Positions 25,501-37,409 of a DNA stretch of 64,000 nucleotides are shown here, one piece after another. Source of the DNA: Azolla caroliniana (lineage: Eukaryota; Plantae; Polypodiophyta); assembly GCA_043228905.1 (NCBI GenBank), contig JBHGNT010000004.1, positions 5,952,001 to 6,016,000 of the forward strand. The letters run 5' to 3'. A program made the position numbers and the translations under genes. The notes under the pieces were generated by a model. The model was given only the letters and a program-made list of their open reading frames with translations. It made no database searches and was not told the origin of the DNA. How positions within the stretch are numbered: position 1 is the first letter of the stretch; every line of letters begins with the position of its first letter.

Positions 25501-26079
25501 TCCTTGGAGCTTAGTCTTGCTAATGAACGATACAAGAAGCAGGCTGATCGCCATCGATCTTCCACTCCACACTTTGTCGTTGGAGACATGGTCTGGTTGT
25601 TACGTCGACACATCTCTACTACTCGTCCGTGTGCGAAACTTGATTACAAGAAGTTAGGACCGTTCCGTATCATCGAGTGCATCAATCCCGTCGCCTTCCG
25701 GCTCGCCCTTCCATCCCACTTCCGGATTCACGATGTTTTTCATGTCTCCCTCCTCGAACCCCATTATGCTTCACAACTCCCAGGACGTCAAGCCCCACCA
25801 CCACCACCTGTGCAATTGACGACAGGGGAGGAATACGAGGTCGACCAAATCCTTGACTCGCGTTGGCACCGTCGACACTTGCAATACCTCGTCCTATGTA
25901 GGGGTTACCCCATGTCTGAGGCCACATGGGAACCATCGGCAAATTTACAAAATGCCCCAGAGGTCATCCAAGATTTTCATCACCGATATCCCCACAAACC
26001 AGCGGTCGATTTGGGAAGGCGGCAGCGTAAGAGGGGGGATAATGTCAAGATTCGAACTCTTGACACGACCATGTTATAA
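22528..26079 (+). CDS. pol: F pol polyprotein (protease-RT-RNase H-integrase-chromodomain), uninterrupted 1183 aa, probably reached by -1 frameshift
   Basis: Motifs LLDSGASSCF, LCVDYRGLN, YLDDIL, TDASDFA, HDDPLVGHFG..C..C, SDRGPQF, LGPF and EYEVDQILD..YLV..TWEP. The stop codon lies inside the 3' LTR. Confidence 0.95.
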   Translation: MQLDISRRPHSLGSIAGPSGNFILEVWLSFNSSSIQSVALLDSGASSCFIDVAFAQAHGVPVVGLSKPIPVEAIDGCVLSSGAITQATIPLGLRVGSHQEELTFYLIASPRHPIVLGLTWLEAHNPIVDWCNRSITFSKPRCSCKSMKVNSVSYPSETVDSELTTPSSVQDGFVCGTISNTLHVIPEKYQHFSDVFEKCNADRLPEHRLYDCPIDLQEGACPPFGPLYALSAPELKALRVYLDENLEKGFIQPSNSPAGAPILFVKKKDGSLRLCVDYRGLNKLTVRNRYPLPLIPELLDRLRVARVFSKVDLRGAYNLVRIKPGDEWKTAFRTRYGHFEYKVMPFGLTNAPAVFQHMMNDIFREYLDLFVVIYLDDILIFSPNMEEHTCQVRLVLAKLREHGLYAKGEKCEFDRTSIEFLGYIISPTGITMDMKKVSVIQEWVTPRRLKDVQSFLGFANFYRRFIKGFSTLAQPLIALTHKGTPFLWTSEAQNAFDSLKHAFITAPVLLHADPTKPFQVETDASDFAFGAILSQADDNNLMHPVAYYSRKFTASEINYPIYDKELVAIIAAFEEWRPYLAGAQHRVQVVTDHKNLVYFSTTRTLNPRQARWSTFLADYDFEIVFRPGGQHGKADALSRRADLALRPGDAAYAQQSRRLLKPDQLHLFATCMLQDDSLLQQITDASKTDAFANEIRDSLQNPSKATKRKDLDTFTIQEGLLFRDHLLYVPEGPCRTRVLRECHDDPLVGHFGVAKTLELISRGYWWPQPWKLVKEYIKSCEVCARSKAIHHRPYGLLQPLPCPRRPWASISMNLITDLPLVNSYDSVLVVVDRFTKMAHFTPCSKTISGEEMVHLLLNNVVRLHGLPDDVISDRGPQFVSHFWQRLLQTLGISVKLSSAYHPQTDGQTERVNQILEQYLRCSVSYQQDDWVNLLSLAEFAYNNSLHASTGVTPFFANYGLHPRFNISLPTTSVNPSAEDRARILEEVHHDLSLELSLANERYKKQADRHRSSTPHFVVGDMVWLLRRHISTTRPCAKLDYKKLGPFRIIECINPVAFRLALPSHFRIHDVFHVSLLEPHYASQLPGRQAPPPPPVQLTTGEEYEVDQILDSRWHRRHLQYLVLCRGYPMSEATWEPSANLQNAPEVIQDFHHRYPHKPAVDLGRRQRKRGDNVKIRTLDTTML

Positions 26080-29000
26080 TCTACTATTATGAGTTAACCA
26101 AGATATCTAATACTAGTTATGTATGTAATTGTTCCTTATTATTTTGCTAGCATCATGTGCATAGTTGCTCCCTTGTAGTATTTACACTTGGCACATGCAT
26201 GCATACCTACATGCTCTATTGTAGATTCACATGCGTGCAACAAGTATGCATGCCATGTAGTATAAATAGAGGAGTTCACCTTGAAGGAATTCAAGGTGAA
26301 CAACACCAGTTATGGAGTCTTTCCTTTAGTACTATCTTCTTTCTTGTCCATTTGGTTATCTTCTTCGTTGTCTCTTGAGTTTATGATCCGTGACAGGTAC
26401 TCCTCATCCGGTTCATACCGGGCCTGTATCATCCGGCTCTCCGTAGCCGGGTACTCCTCATACCGTTTCTTCTCCCTTCCCCATCCGGAGGAACCTGTCT
26501 CCCAACAGGTTCAACATAATGCCTAGTGCCTTCTTTTATAGTGTTCTCAGGAGAAATCCCGAAGCTTCTAGAATGTTCCAGAGAAATCTAGAATATACAT
26601 TAATTTCCTATAATAAAACTTAAATGAAAATAATATTTTATGTATAACAATAGACGGTGTAATGGTCAAGAGCTCGACCCATATAACATAAGGTCATGGG
26701 TTCGAGTCTTGCCATATCATGACAAGAATCGACACACAACTGTGGTAGTCTTGTTCATCAATGCACGACCTTCCACTTGATTCGTCAATTCCTCTCGTGC
26801 AAGCACCAGGTACCGAATCTGCCCTACCCCCATCGACATCATCACTAAGTCCACCATCCACTTGAAATGGACGGTTGGTGGGGCTCTTGCATGTTGTTAC
26901 GAATTGGTGCACGTCCCGGTACAACCCCGACCACCAATACTTCTCCTTTAGCTTTTTGAATGTGCCCCATGTCCCGTGGTGCCCGGCCCAAGGAATCTTG
27001 TGATACGCCGTCAACAATGCCTCTTGCTCTTCCTTCCCTGCGACTACCCAGAGCGGAACACCGCCTCTCTTTTTCGGGAGCTTCCATATGTCCCCGCCCC
27101 GTAGGAAGAATTGGTACGACTTCTTCTGGATCCGGTTAGCCTCTTCTTTCGTCCACGCTGTGTCCAACGCCAACGTCCTCAAGAACTTGACGATTTGGAG
27201 CCACTCCCCGTTGTACTCGCCCTCGTTGAACTCGTTAAGTACCGGAGTGCTTCCCGCCCTTATCGTCATGTAAGCCGACTCGAAGAAGTCTACGCCGACT
27301 TCTTCATCCTCCGAAACCATGCTGTCCTCGTTGTCAAACCGTGCGCTAGAAAGCATGTCGGCCATGGCGTTGTCTTTACCGGAGATGTTCCGTATATCCG
27401 GGTTCATAGACTTAATGTACGCGATCCACCTGAGCATTGCCAGGTTCGGTGTCGCGCATCCGGAAACTATACTAAGGATCGGTAGGCAGTCCGTCTCGAT
27501 TATCACCTCTGTCCCAATCAAATAGCCTTTATCGGCCTTGACTACCGAAACAATACCCTAGAGTTCGCGTTTAACTTGGGTGTATCCTCGTTGTCGCTCA
27601 CTCAACACCTTCGCTCTGAACCGGATGGGGAACCTCGTGCTGGTTTTGTACTCCTGGTTGACCACCCAACCTATCCCAGTCGGGCTCGTGTCTACCGTAA
27701 CGTAAATCGGGACATCCTTGCCGTAAACTGCTTTCCGGAGTGCCGGAGCTGTGGTTAGCGCCTCCTTCAGTCTACAAACTGACTCCGCATGCTCCTCGCC
27801 CCACTCGAATCTACGCCCCTTCTTTAGTAACCCGTAGAGTGGCTCCGCGACGTGTCCGTAATGCGGAATCCAGATATGGTAGAACGCGCACGCGCGTAGG
27901 AACCTCCGCACCTCCGTAGCCGACTTGCATTCTTCCTTCATTGTGGAGATGGCCTCTATCCACTAGGATCTCCGACTTCCCGAAAGCCAATTTCTCTCCG
28001 GAGAAGGTGAGCCGCGCATCCTCAAGTCTTTGAAGCACCTTCTCGCATTCGCCGATGTGGTCCACTACGAATCTTCGGCAACCGTCCGGCCCGACCTACT
28101 TACCTTTTCTTCCACCGGACACCCTTTTATTGGGATGTCGTCCAAAAACGGCATGGTAATGTCTGGGATGCAGTCCCTCCGCACCTTCTTCATCGCATTC
28201 ACCATGTGTGCCACCGAGTTGGTCCCTCCTTGCGGCAGGGTACACATCCGCACTAAGCCGAGAGGAGTTCGCATCGTCGTAATGTCCCTGCTCTCCACGA
28301 CTAGTTGGAACTGATCGTACCCTGGGTATAGATCCCCGACCAAACAGATCGACCTTCTGTTGAAGGCCTCCGTGAACCCGTCAATGGTCGTTCTGACACC
28401 TGCGTTCCAAATGGTCACCTTGTTGACCGGCTGCAAGTCTTGAATGAAGCGCAACGTGCCATTCTTCTTCGGCACGGTAAACCACCGATTCGAATATGGG
28501 GCACTTGACGGCTCAAGGATGCGCATCTCCACATTCTGCTTCAGCAGCTCCATCAACTTCGGGATGTGAGCTCTGGGTACCGGAATCGGCTTGAGATTCC
28601 ACAACACATGTAGTACTGTGAAGATCACTATTGGTTCCATGATCGTCGGGTCTATGCACCTGGTCTCCCCCGACGCGAATGCGAAGGCCCTCCCGTGCCT
28701 TCCGAGCATTCTCCGAAACCGGTCCTCCTCCGCCGGCAGTAGAAAGCCACCCCCACTGACCTTGAGCTCACGTAGCATTATGTCGGTGAACCGATGTCCT
28801 ATGCCGACCGGATTCTGTAAACTTGGGTCTGATGCGATCCCCTTTTTCCGCTCCCCGCTGCCCTTCGGCAAGGGAGCCGCGACTGGCCTCACCTTCCGGT
28901 CCATAGTCTTGTACTTTGCATCTATGGAGGTCTTCCGATCCAACCTGACCCTCTCCCCGAAATAGTCAATGACTTCGTACATCTCTACGGAAATAACCGG

Positions 29001-29949
29001 AACGACCTGATCTTCACTGAGGCCTTCTTTGAACACCCGCCCTATCTCTCCCAGGGTGTCATCGAAAGAGACCACCTCCACGGTGCTACTAATTTCTTTG
29101 TCGGGGCAGAGGACTCCGCACTCTCTGAAACATTCCTCGGCCCTCTTCTTCTCCCGGCCACCGATGCCGGCTATCGTACAACCTCCGTTGTCGGAGACCC
29201 AAAACTTCCTACCTATAGTACACTTGTGGGGTTCTGCCGGTGTGTTCAGACTATCACGGGCCCACACCTTGATAGCCCTCTCTAAAAATCCCCTCGGCTA
29301 TCGCCGGCCGAGGGTCTTGTGGTTGCGCTCATGGTTCAGTCGCACTGTAAGAAACTGGACTGAGTGTCGTCCATATTGGTTTTTCATGCATGCGTACACC
29401 GAACCGTTATCCATCACCTTTGTCTCCATGCGTGTTGTCGTAATGTATGGTTCGTTGAGTATCACCGGGTGCGAAGATGTCTCCTACACAAAGAAGTGAT
29501 GATCAATCTTGACATCGCCGATTGTCACACGTACATTCGGGCAGGCCCCATGGTGCGTGTCGCCGCGCGTATCTTCCGCCCGTGCTTGGTGTTTATCGGC
29601 CACTTCCCTTTCTTATAGAAGTCCATAGACATTAGGTTGATCTCCGACCCGTGGTCGACCAACGCCACTACCGGCTCTTGGACATCCTCGACCCAAACGG
29701 GGGTTTCCGTAGTGGCCCTTGCTTAGTGCAACTTCGAATAGTGGCTCTTTGCCAACTCGTCTTCCAGGGCCATGTCCTCCAGGTGCGTCGTTCACACCTC
29801 TACCAGTTTCTCCTGCTCCGGTTCTGTCGAGAGCCGTTTACGCTTTACCAAGTCCAGGATGGAATCGTGGAACTCCTTCTTGGCGATCCCAAGCACCTCC
29901 CTCAGCGACAACTCCACCTTGCTGTTGAGAATCTGCCCCTCGAGAACCT

Positions 29950-32900
29950 TGTTGAGAGACAAGCTCAACATCGGCCGGATCGGCTGAAGAAGCCGAGGAC
30001 CGGATCGGTTGGGACCGATCGGTTAGGCCGAGTGCGTAATCCGGGAGGTCGTTAGGAAAGATATTCCGTGAGGAATATATTTGGGAGTTAGTGTAGGGGC
30101 TCTTGATGAGCATTGAAGTACTGTCAGTACTTCGGTCAGTCCTTCTAGGACTTGTATAAAAGTGCTCACTGAGCACGTCTTATGTACAGAGATTGAGTAT
30201 TATTGTTGAATATAGTTTTTTGCGTTTCTTTCTTTGTCTCTCCTGCGTATACCGTGTAAGCTCAAGCTCTCCATTAAACCTGAGTTTCCTCTCTTCTGTT
30301 CGGTCTTCATACTTGCTTCCGCACGCTACTTTCTACATGGTATCAGAGCGCGAGGGTTGAGAACCTCTCTGCAGCCGACACAACTTGACGAAGAAGAACA
30401 AGAAGAACGATGGATAGAGGCATGGCGAGCTCGCTTCCAACAAAGAAGCTCGACAGAACCAACTACGCGTCTTGGTCCTACAAGATGCACCAGTACTTGC
30501 TCGGGCACGACTACTGGAGTTATGTCGAAGGAGCTAATGACGCGGCACCCGAATCGACACACAGAGACTTCCCGTCGTGGGAGCAATCGGCGAGCAGGGT
30601 ATTGTAGTGCTTCGCGTCGTGTGTGGGCGAACAACTATTGAGCTATGTTTGGGATGCAAAGACGCCGAAGGGTGCGTGGGAAAATTTGAAGAAGATTTTC
30701 GCTGCAAGCACCACAGTTAGGAAGCTTCAGCTCCGACAGGAGTTGAGCAACCTACGACAACGCGACTTGTCGGTGGCGGACTATACCTCGAAGATCAAGG
30801 ATATCTGCGACTCCCTCGCCTCCATAGAGGTGAACATCGAGGAGAGCGAGATGGTTCAAATCTGTCTTGGAGGTTTGGCGTCGAAGTTCGGAGCGTTCCG
30901 AACGGCTGTGTGTACCCGAGAGAATACGCCGTCCTTTTTCGACTTACAGTCGATGCTCTTGGTAGAGGAGAACCACACGGGTGCGTCTACAAGCACACAC
31001 ACCGACAACATAATGCTGTACATGGAGGGAGATAGGCCCCGTGGTCGTGGAGGACGAGGCGAGTCGGCACGCAATGGAGGCGGCCAACGAGATCAAGAAA
31101 GAAGGCACCGAAGTGATGCCGACAGCAACTCCGGACCCTCCGGAAACAGGGGGAGTCGAAGCGATGAGAACCGGCAAGGGAAGGCCATCGCGGAGTGCTG
31201 GTACTGTGGCAAGAAAGGCCACAAGGAAAGTGAGTGCTGGAAGAAGCGCGCCGATTCGGAGAGAACTGGTTCTGGGAACGGCTCCAGACATACCGACAAA
31301 GGAAATCGGCAGTGATCACACTACGCCCAAGACTCTGGGAGAGTCAGAGAAGGGTCTGTCTTCGTGACGAGACACGAAGCAAACTCAATGAAACAGAGCA
31401 CCCCGAGATCGGACGAGGTGTGGTACGTAGACTCCGGCGCATCAAACCACATGACGAGCCATAAGGAGTGGTTCTCGTACCTTGAAAAACCGATACAACC
31501 TGGAGTAGTCGCAACAGGAGACGACACTCCGCATCTGATCGCGAATGTCGGAGAAGTTCCCCTTAGCCATGTCGGGCAGAAAGGGAAACTCATGAACATG
31601 CTGCACGTCCCGACAATCACAAAAAACTTGGTCTCGGTTAGACAGATCGTCGACCAAGGGATGGAGGTTCGGTTTACACACCTCGGGTGCTTCATTGAGG
31701 AAGAAGGCCGTGTGATTGCGCAAGGGCGCAGAGACGGGAGGATGTTCATCCTCGACTCCACTGACGGCGGCACCGCAATGTTCGCGAAGGGACAAAAGAC
31801 TGAGTCGGACATCGACTTGTGGCACAAGCGGATAGGCCACGTCAACCACCAACGGCGTCAAGATCTTCAATCGAAACAGGTAGTGTTTGGATTGCCCAAA
31901 TTGAATGGCCGAAAGGCACAAATTTGTGAAGCCTGCCAGCTCGGGAAGCAACACCGACTTCCCTTCCCCAACGAGCGAAACCGGAGCCGGAACAAACTCG
32001 ACCTTATACACTCCGATGTGTGGGGGCCGGCACAAAACGTTAGTCTTGGCGGGAGCCAATATTTCGTCTCCTTCATCGACGACCACACGCGGCACACGTG
32101 GATCTACCTCATTGAGAGAAAGAGCGAAGTCTTCGACTGTTTCCGGGACCTCAAAGGGTTCGTGGAAGCCGAAACGGGACGAAAGATCAAGTGCCTGCGG
32201 TCGGATGGCGGGAAAGAGTACTTTTCTGGTCAATTCAATGGTTACCTACAACAAATGGGAATTCGCCGCGAATTCAGTTGTAGATACACGCCAGAGCAGA
32301 ACGGCGTGGCCGAGAGAAAGAATCAATCGATTGTGGAAGCGGCACGAGCGATGCTGGAGGAGAAGAGCTTGCCCAAGTTCTACTGGGCCGAGGCGGTAAG
32401 GACCGCGGTATACATCCAGAACCGGATCGGAGACAAAGTGTCGGCGCACGAGCTATATTTCGGAACGAAGCCGAAGTTGTGACACTTGAGGGTGTTCGGT
32501 AGCATTGCATATGTGCATATACCGAAGGAGAAAAGGAGGAAGCTGGACGCAAAGGCCGAGAAATGCATCTTGGTCGGTTACTCGGACGAGCAAAAGGGTT
32601 ATAAGTGCTATAACCCTCGCACCAAACAAGCGCGTGTTAGCCGCGACGTGGTGTTTGACGAGTCCGCGTCTTGGTACCTGCCCCCGACTACGAACCTCGA
32701 CTCCAATCCGAGCTCTGACGATGAGGTCAGCGAGGCTGAGATGCCTCCGAATGAGCCCGAAATCAAGACCCGCGAAGAGAGTCCGATTTCACTCCGGTTA
32801 AGTGGACCGATTGGACGACTGAGTCGGTACGACCAGTCCGATGAAGAGCCGGCGAGTAGTGGAGACTCGGCCGTGCATTCCCCGCGCAGGAGGCCGAGGA

Positions 32901-35560
32901 GACGGCTTACGCGCAAAGAGAAAGGGAAGAAGAAGGTGTCGGATTCCGGCACGGAAAGGAACGAGTCAGACCGACGCGAGTCCGACTCCGAGGGAACCGG
33001 TGATGGGTATTTAAAGGTGAAGACCGCGTCGACCGAGAAGGCCTCGACATCGGCTAATGCGAGATTACGCCGATCTACCCGCCAGAAGAACCCAGTTGTG
33101 CGGTTCGGATACAACGAGTACATGACGCATCATTATGCGTACATGACCCGTGTAGTGGAAGTGCGTGAGCCGGAGAGCTACGCAGAAGCGGCTAAAGACG
33201 CGAATTAGCGTGCCGCGATGGAGGAAGAGATGCACGCATTGGCAGAGAACGAGACTTGGGACCTGGTTGGGTGTAGTTGGGTGTACAAAGTCAAGTACAA
33301 CACCGATGGCTCGGTCAACCGGTACAAGGCTCGGCTAGTGGCAAAGGGCTACGCGCAGAAACACGGCATCGACTACGATGAGACGTTTGCGCCGGTCGCG
33401 AAAATGACGACCGTCCGTGTTTTGCTCGCAGTAGCCGCGGCCAAGGGGTTGCACCTACATCAGATGGATGTAAAGAATGCGTTCCTGCAAGGTGACCTTG
33501 AGGAACAGGTGTACATGGTACATCCCCCCGGATTTCACTCTGGAATGAACTCCTCGGCAATATGCCGACTGAAGAAGTCCCTTTACGGACCGAAGCAAGC
33601 CCCGCGTGCCTGGAACGCGAAGATCACGCAACAACTGCGTCGGTTGGGCTTCGTCACGTCAAAATCGGACTCTTCCCTGTTCATCCGGAAAGGTCGACTC
33701 AGACCGGTTAGTATTTTACTATATGTTGATGACTTGGTCATCACCGGCGCCGACCTAGGTGAAATCAACCGCGTGAAGCTCCAGCTTGCGGCATCGTTCG
33801 ACATGAAGGATCTGGGGGACCTTCATTACTTCCTCGGGATCGAAGTGATCCGTACCCCCGAAGGCATATTGATCAACCAACGTCACTACGTGCTGAGTAT
33901 GCTCTTCAAGCTCGGGATGGCCGACTGTAAGTCCGTCTCGACTCCTCTGGACAGAACCGTCAAGCTTCGTCCTGATACGGGAAAGGTATGCGACCCGACG
34001 AGGTTTCGACAAATTGTCGGAAGCCTCATATACTTGACCATCACCCGACCCGACCTCAGTTACCCGGTCGGGGTGATCAGTTAGTTCATGGCGCGACCTA
34101 CCGAGGAGCACCTTCAGTGTTTGCAACGCATACTTCGGTATGTCAACGACACTAAGGACCGGGGACTGCTATATCGGACTGGTGCAGCCACGCGGTTAGT
34201 CGGCTACACCGATGCTGATTAGGCTGGCAACGCCGCTGATCGCCGATCCACGTCTGGATACGCGTTCTCCCTCGGGTCGAGCAGCCGACAGTTGCTCTGT
34301 CGAGCACCGAAGCTGAGTACCGAGGAGCGGCTGTCGCGACATGCGAAGCCATATGGTTGAAGCGGCTTCTTAAGGACCTGCAAGAGGAGGTGTCAGATCC
34401 GACGACGATCTACTGCGACAACCTCAGTAGCATCCAACTCGCGAAAAACCCCGTCTTCCACGCACGGACCAAGCACATTGAGGTGCACTACCATTTCGTC
34501 CGTGAGCGTATCCTTTGCGGTGAAGTCGAACTTCAGTACATTCCGACGGATCGGCAGGCTGCCAACATCTTCACCAAGCCTCTTGGTCTGGACAAGTTGC
34601 GGCAATTCTCAAGTGCGCTCGGGTTGCGTCACCTTGACGTGCCGAACTTGAGGGGGAGAACAGTCCCGAACGACCAAGCAAGGCAGCAGGAAAGGAGCGG
34701 ACACCGCGACACCGAGTCGGTTGACAAGTTCAACATCGGATCGGCTGAAGAAGCTGAGGGCAGACCCGCGGAAAAGTTCGGAAGCGGACAGAAGGGGAGC
34801 AACCGAAGGAGAGAGCCGAAGCCAACCATGCATGGGGAAGATAACGCCATCGAGGGCAAGAAGACCGAAGACGAGTTGGAGACAACCAACTCGGACGAGA
34901 GCGAAAACCGATCGGAGGTAGCCGAGTCGGTTCGGATGTTTGATTCAGACACGCTGAATCAACCGAGGCCCAAGCAGAAGAAAAGGCAGCAGAAGAAGCG
35001 TCAACACCGCAACAACAGAAGAGCTAATGAGGGCCACATGAGCAGACAAGCCGACCGGAAGGGTCGAAGCGCGCGGAGTCGAACAGGTCGAGGAGCGTGA
35101 GCGAGGCGAGAAGCCAGGAGGAACCGGTGCTGTGAAGATCCCGAAGAGCCTCAAGTTGAGCTTGAGGGGGAGTGTTGAGAGACAAGCTCAACATCGGCCG
35201 GATCGGCTGAAGAAGCCGAGGACCGGATCGGTTGGGACCGATCGGTTAGGCCAAGTGCATAAACCGGGAGGTCGTGAGGAAAGATATTCCGTGAGGAATA
35301 TATTTGGGAGTTAGTGTAGGGGTTCTTGATGAACATTGAAGTACTGTCAGTACTTCGGTCAGTCCTTCTAGGACTTGTATAAAAGTGCTCACTGAGCACG
35401 TCTTATGTACAGAGATTGAGTATTATTGTTGAATATAGTTTTTTGCGTTTCTTTCTCTGTCTCTCCTGCGTATACCGTGTAAGCTCAAGCTCTCCATTAA
35501 ACCTGAGTTTCCTCTCTTCTGTTCGGTCTTCATACTTGCTTCCACACGCTACTTTCTACA
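29950..35560 (+). mobile_element. Ty1/copia G, full length, inserted in X
   Basis: 388-bp LTRs at 29950-30337 and 35173-35560 (about 8 differences by eye). TSD AACCT at 29945-29949 and 35561-35565. PBS TGGTATCAGAGC at 30338-30349. PPT gagggggag at 35164-35172. Confidence 0.96.
30410..35100 (+). pseudogene. gag-pol: Copia G gag-pol with several premature stops and a charged C-terminal tail after RNase H
   Basis: KLDRTNYASW; CWYCGKKGHKESEC; WYVDSGASNHM; LWHKRIGH; HSDVWGP; RSDGGKEY; QNGVAER; YKARLVAKG; LYVDDLV; RTKHIEVHYHF. Confidence 0.94.
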
Positions 35561-37409
35561 AACCTTCCGCAGGTCCATCGTCCTTTTGATTTCGGTGCCC
35601 AGCCGGTAACCGGTCGGCCTTGCTTTGTCTGCTATGTCGGAATTCCCGGCTTCATTCCTCTTCGGCCCGAACCGGGTTTCGTACTGATTTGGGGCCGTGG
35701 TTCCACCGGCCTTCCCCGCCCTCCTATCATCCACCAGAACTTCATAGTTCTGGCACGCAACTTCCACGAAGTCAATCTTCTCCTCTACCGGGACATCCCA
35801 CCTGGTGACTTCCCGGACCTACTGCTCCATGCGGTCCGCTTCTTCCCTCTTCAGTCATGTGCCGGAGAGGTCTTCTAACACCAAGGGCTAGAAGCTAGAG
35901 TCTTTCGTTATCCAGTCTTCATTACCTCCTACACGGATTCCGAATGATGCCGAATAATGAACGGCCTCTGCATGGCGCACCTCCGCTTCTTCCATTAACT
36001 GCTTCATCCCGCCACGCCCGAAATTTGTCTCCACGACTCTTCGGGTATCCCCAACGTGCACCCATCCATTCCACAAGTACACCACATTACCTCTGAGGGC
36101 CTCAGCAAACTGCACGCAGTCTCGCCGACTGTGTCCGACTGCGTCGCACCACATACACCGTTGTCCAACCGGTGGCCTCCAGTCATGTAGCTGCCCTCCA
36201 CAGTCTCTCCGGGCCTGCGCGATCTGCAGGTCACGCACCATTTGTGTCAGCTCCTCAAGAGCCGCTCCTCTGGATGGGCCCTTGACCCCGCAGGTTGAGG
36301 TTGAGCCCATCTAGAGCCAATCCCGGGTTTCCTCCTTTCGTGTTGGCGAAGGCTCATCGAACTTCCTTACCAGGACGGGTCTCGCTGCCGATGATCCCTC
36401 GTCGTCCCACTCACGCCATTTGTCAAAACGGCTGCAAACTCTCTTCACCACGGCCCAGTCGGCCGTTAGCCCATCATCCGTCTCCAGCAGGAGACCCACC
36501 CGATCTCAATCCCGCGCGTCCACGACTTTGACAAACAACAGGACAAGGCTTGTGTCTAGCATGGCTCTGTCCAGTGCCGAGAGTCGCGTGAAGCGTTGTC
36601 GAGGAAATCCTCGTGGATGCGTGGAAGTCGGGCAGGACCACTGGGGTCTCGAACAAGGGAATCGAGAAAACGAAGAGGGAGGAGTTTCAGGATCACGTAG
36701 GTCTCGAGACCACGGGGAAACAAGTAGGGCTAGCGAACAAGAGAGGGTAAGAGAGTCGTGCGTAGACGCAGACACGGGCAAGACACTGAGAACACTGTCT
36801 GTTAGGCAGAGAAGGTTTCTATTAAACAACACAGGTGCATGGTGTTGTGGGTGATTACAACCGGATCAGAGCCGGTGATGGAGCATAGAGCTTGGCAATA
36901 GCTAGACACAAAGGTACGTTGGCACACTGAAGGTCGATCCCTTGGACGGGAGCACTCGGGCGTTTGACGCATGTAGGGGAAGCGCCTTCCAATGATGTCC
37001 TCCCCCTCCTCTCCGTATATCCTCTCCCCTTAAAAATGGCATCCTGAAGACAGTTGAAGGTCGTCCCTTTTATAGCACAAGGGGCGACCGTTACAAGCAT
37101 ACATGACCCGTCGCTTTCCCTTCCAAGATTCTCTCCCCTGATTCACTCCCCTCGTAACTCTCCCTACATATGCGACGTTCTATTTCTTCTTTAATGCTCT
37201 AACTACCTAGTGCCCCTCCGTATACTCATGCCTAGTACTTTCCCTATTTAAGTCTCTCGAGGCGTGCATTCCCGTAAACCGGTGTTCCTGCGCGTTTCAC
37301 CTTGTTTCTACCTATGGCCCGGAATCTTCACGACATCCACCCCCACTAAACCACACATCCTCTAGTATGTGCCGGATGGTGAATTTAGTGGAGGATTCTG
37401 GGCCATCGG

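Larger units (their letters stand above)
21103..26395 (+). mobile_element. Chromovirus Ty3/gypsy F (Tcn1-like), full length, youngest element in the window
   Basis: 353-bp LTRs at 21103-21455 and 26043-26395 with 5 differences by eye, all transitions. TSD GGTAC at 21098-21102 and 26396-26400. PPT aagagggggataa ends at 26042. Confidence 0.97.
20452..26507 (-). mobile_element. Copia-type solo LTR E (~760 bp without F) inserted in the 5' LTR of D
   Basis: TG..CA ends. TSD GGTTC at 20447-20451 and 26508-26512. Carries a CCGTGGTTTTTCCC...GGGTTTTCCACGT motif on the minus strand typical of Tork/Tnt1-type LTRs. No coding sequence. Confidence 0.85.
15145..26724 (-). mobile_element. Chromovirus Ty3/gypsy D (Tcn1-like), full length, degenerate; 5' LTR split by E and F
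   Basis: LTRs 15145-15577 and 20205-26724 (interrupted 20452-26512). TSD AGAAT at 15140-15144 and 26725-26729. PPT 15578-15591. Confidence 0.94.
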
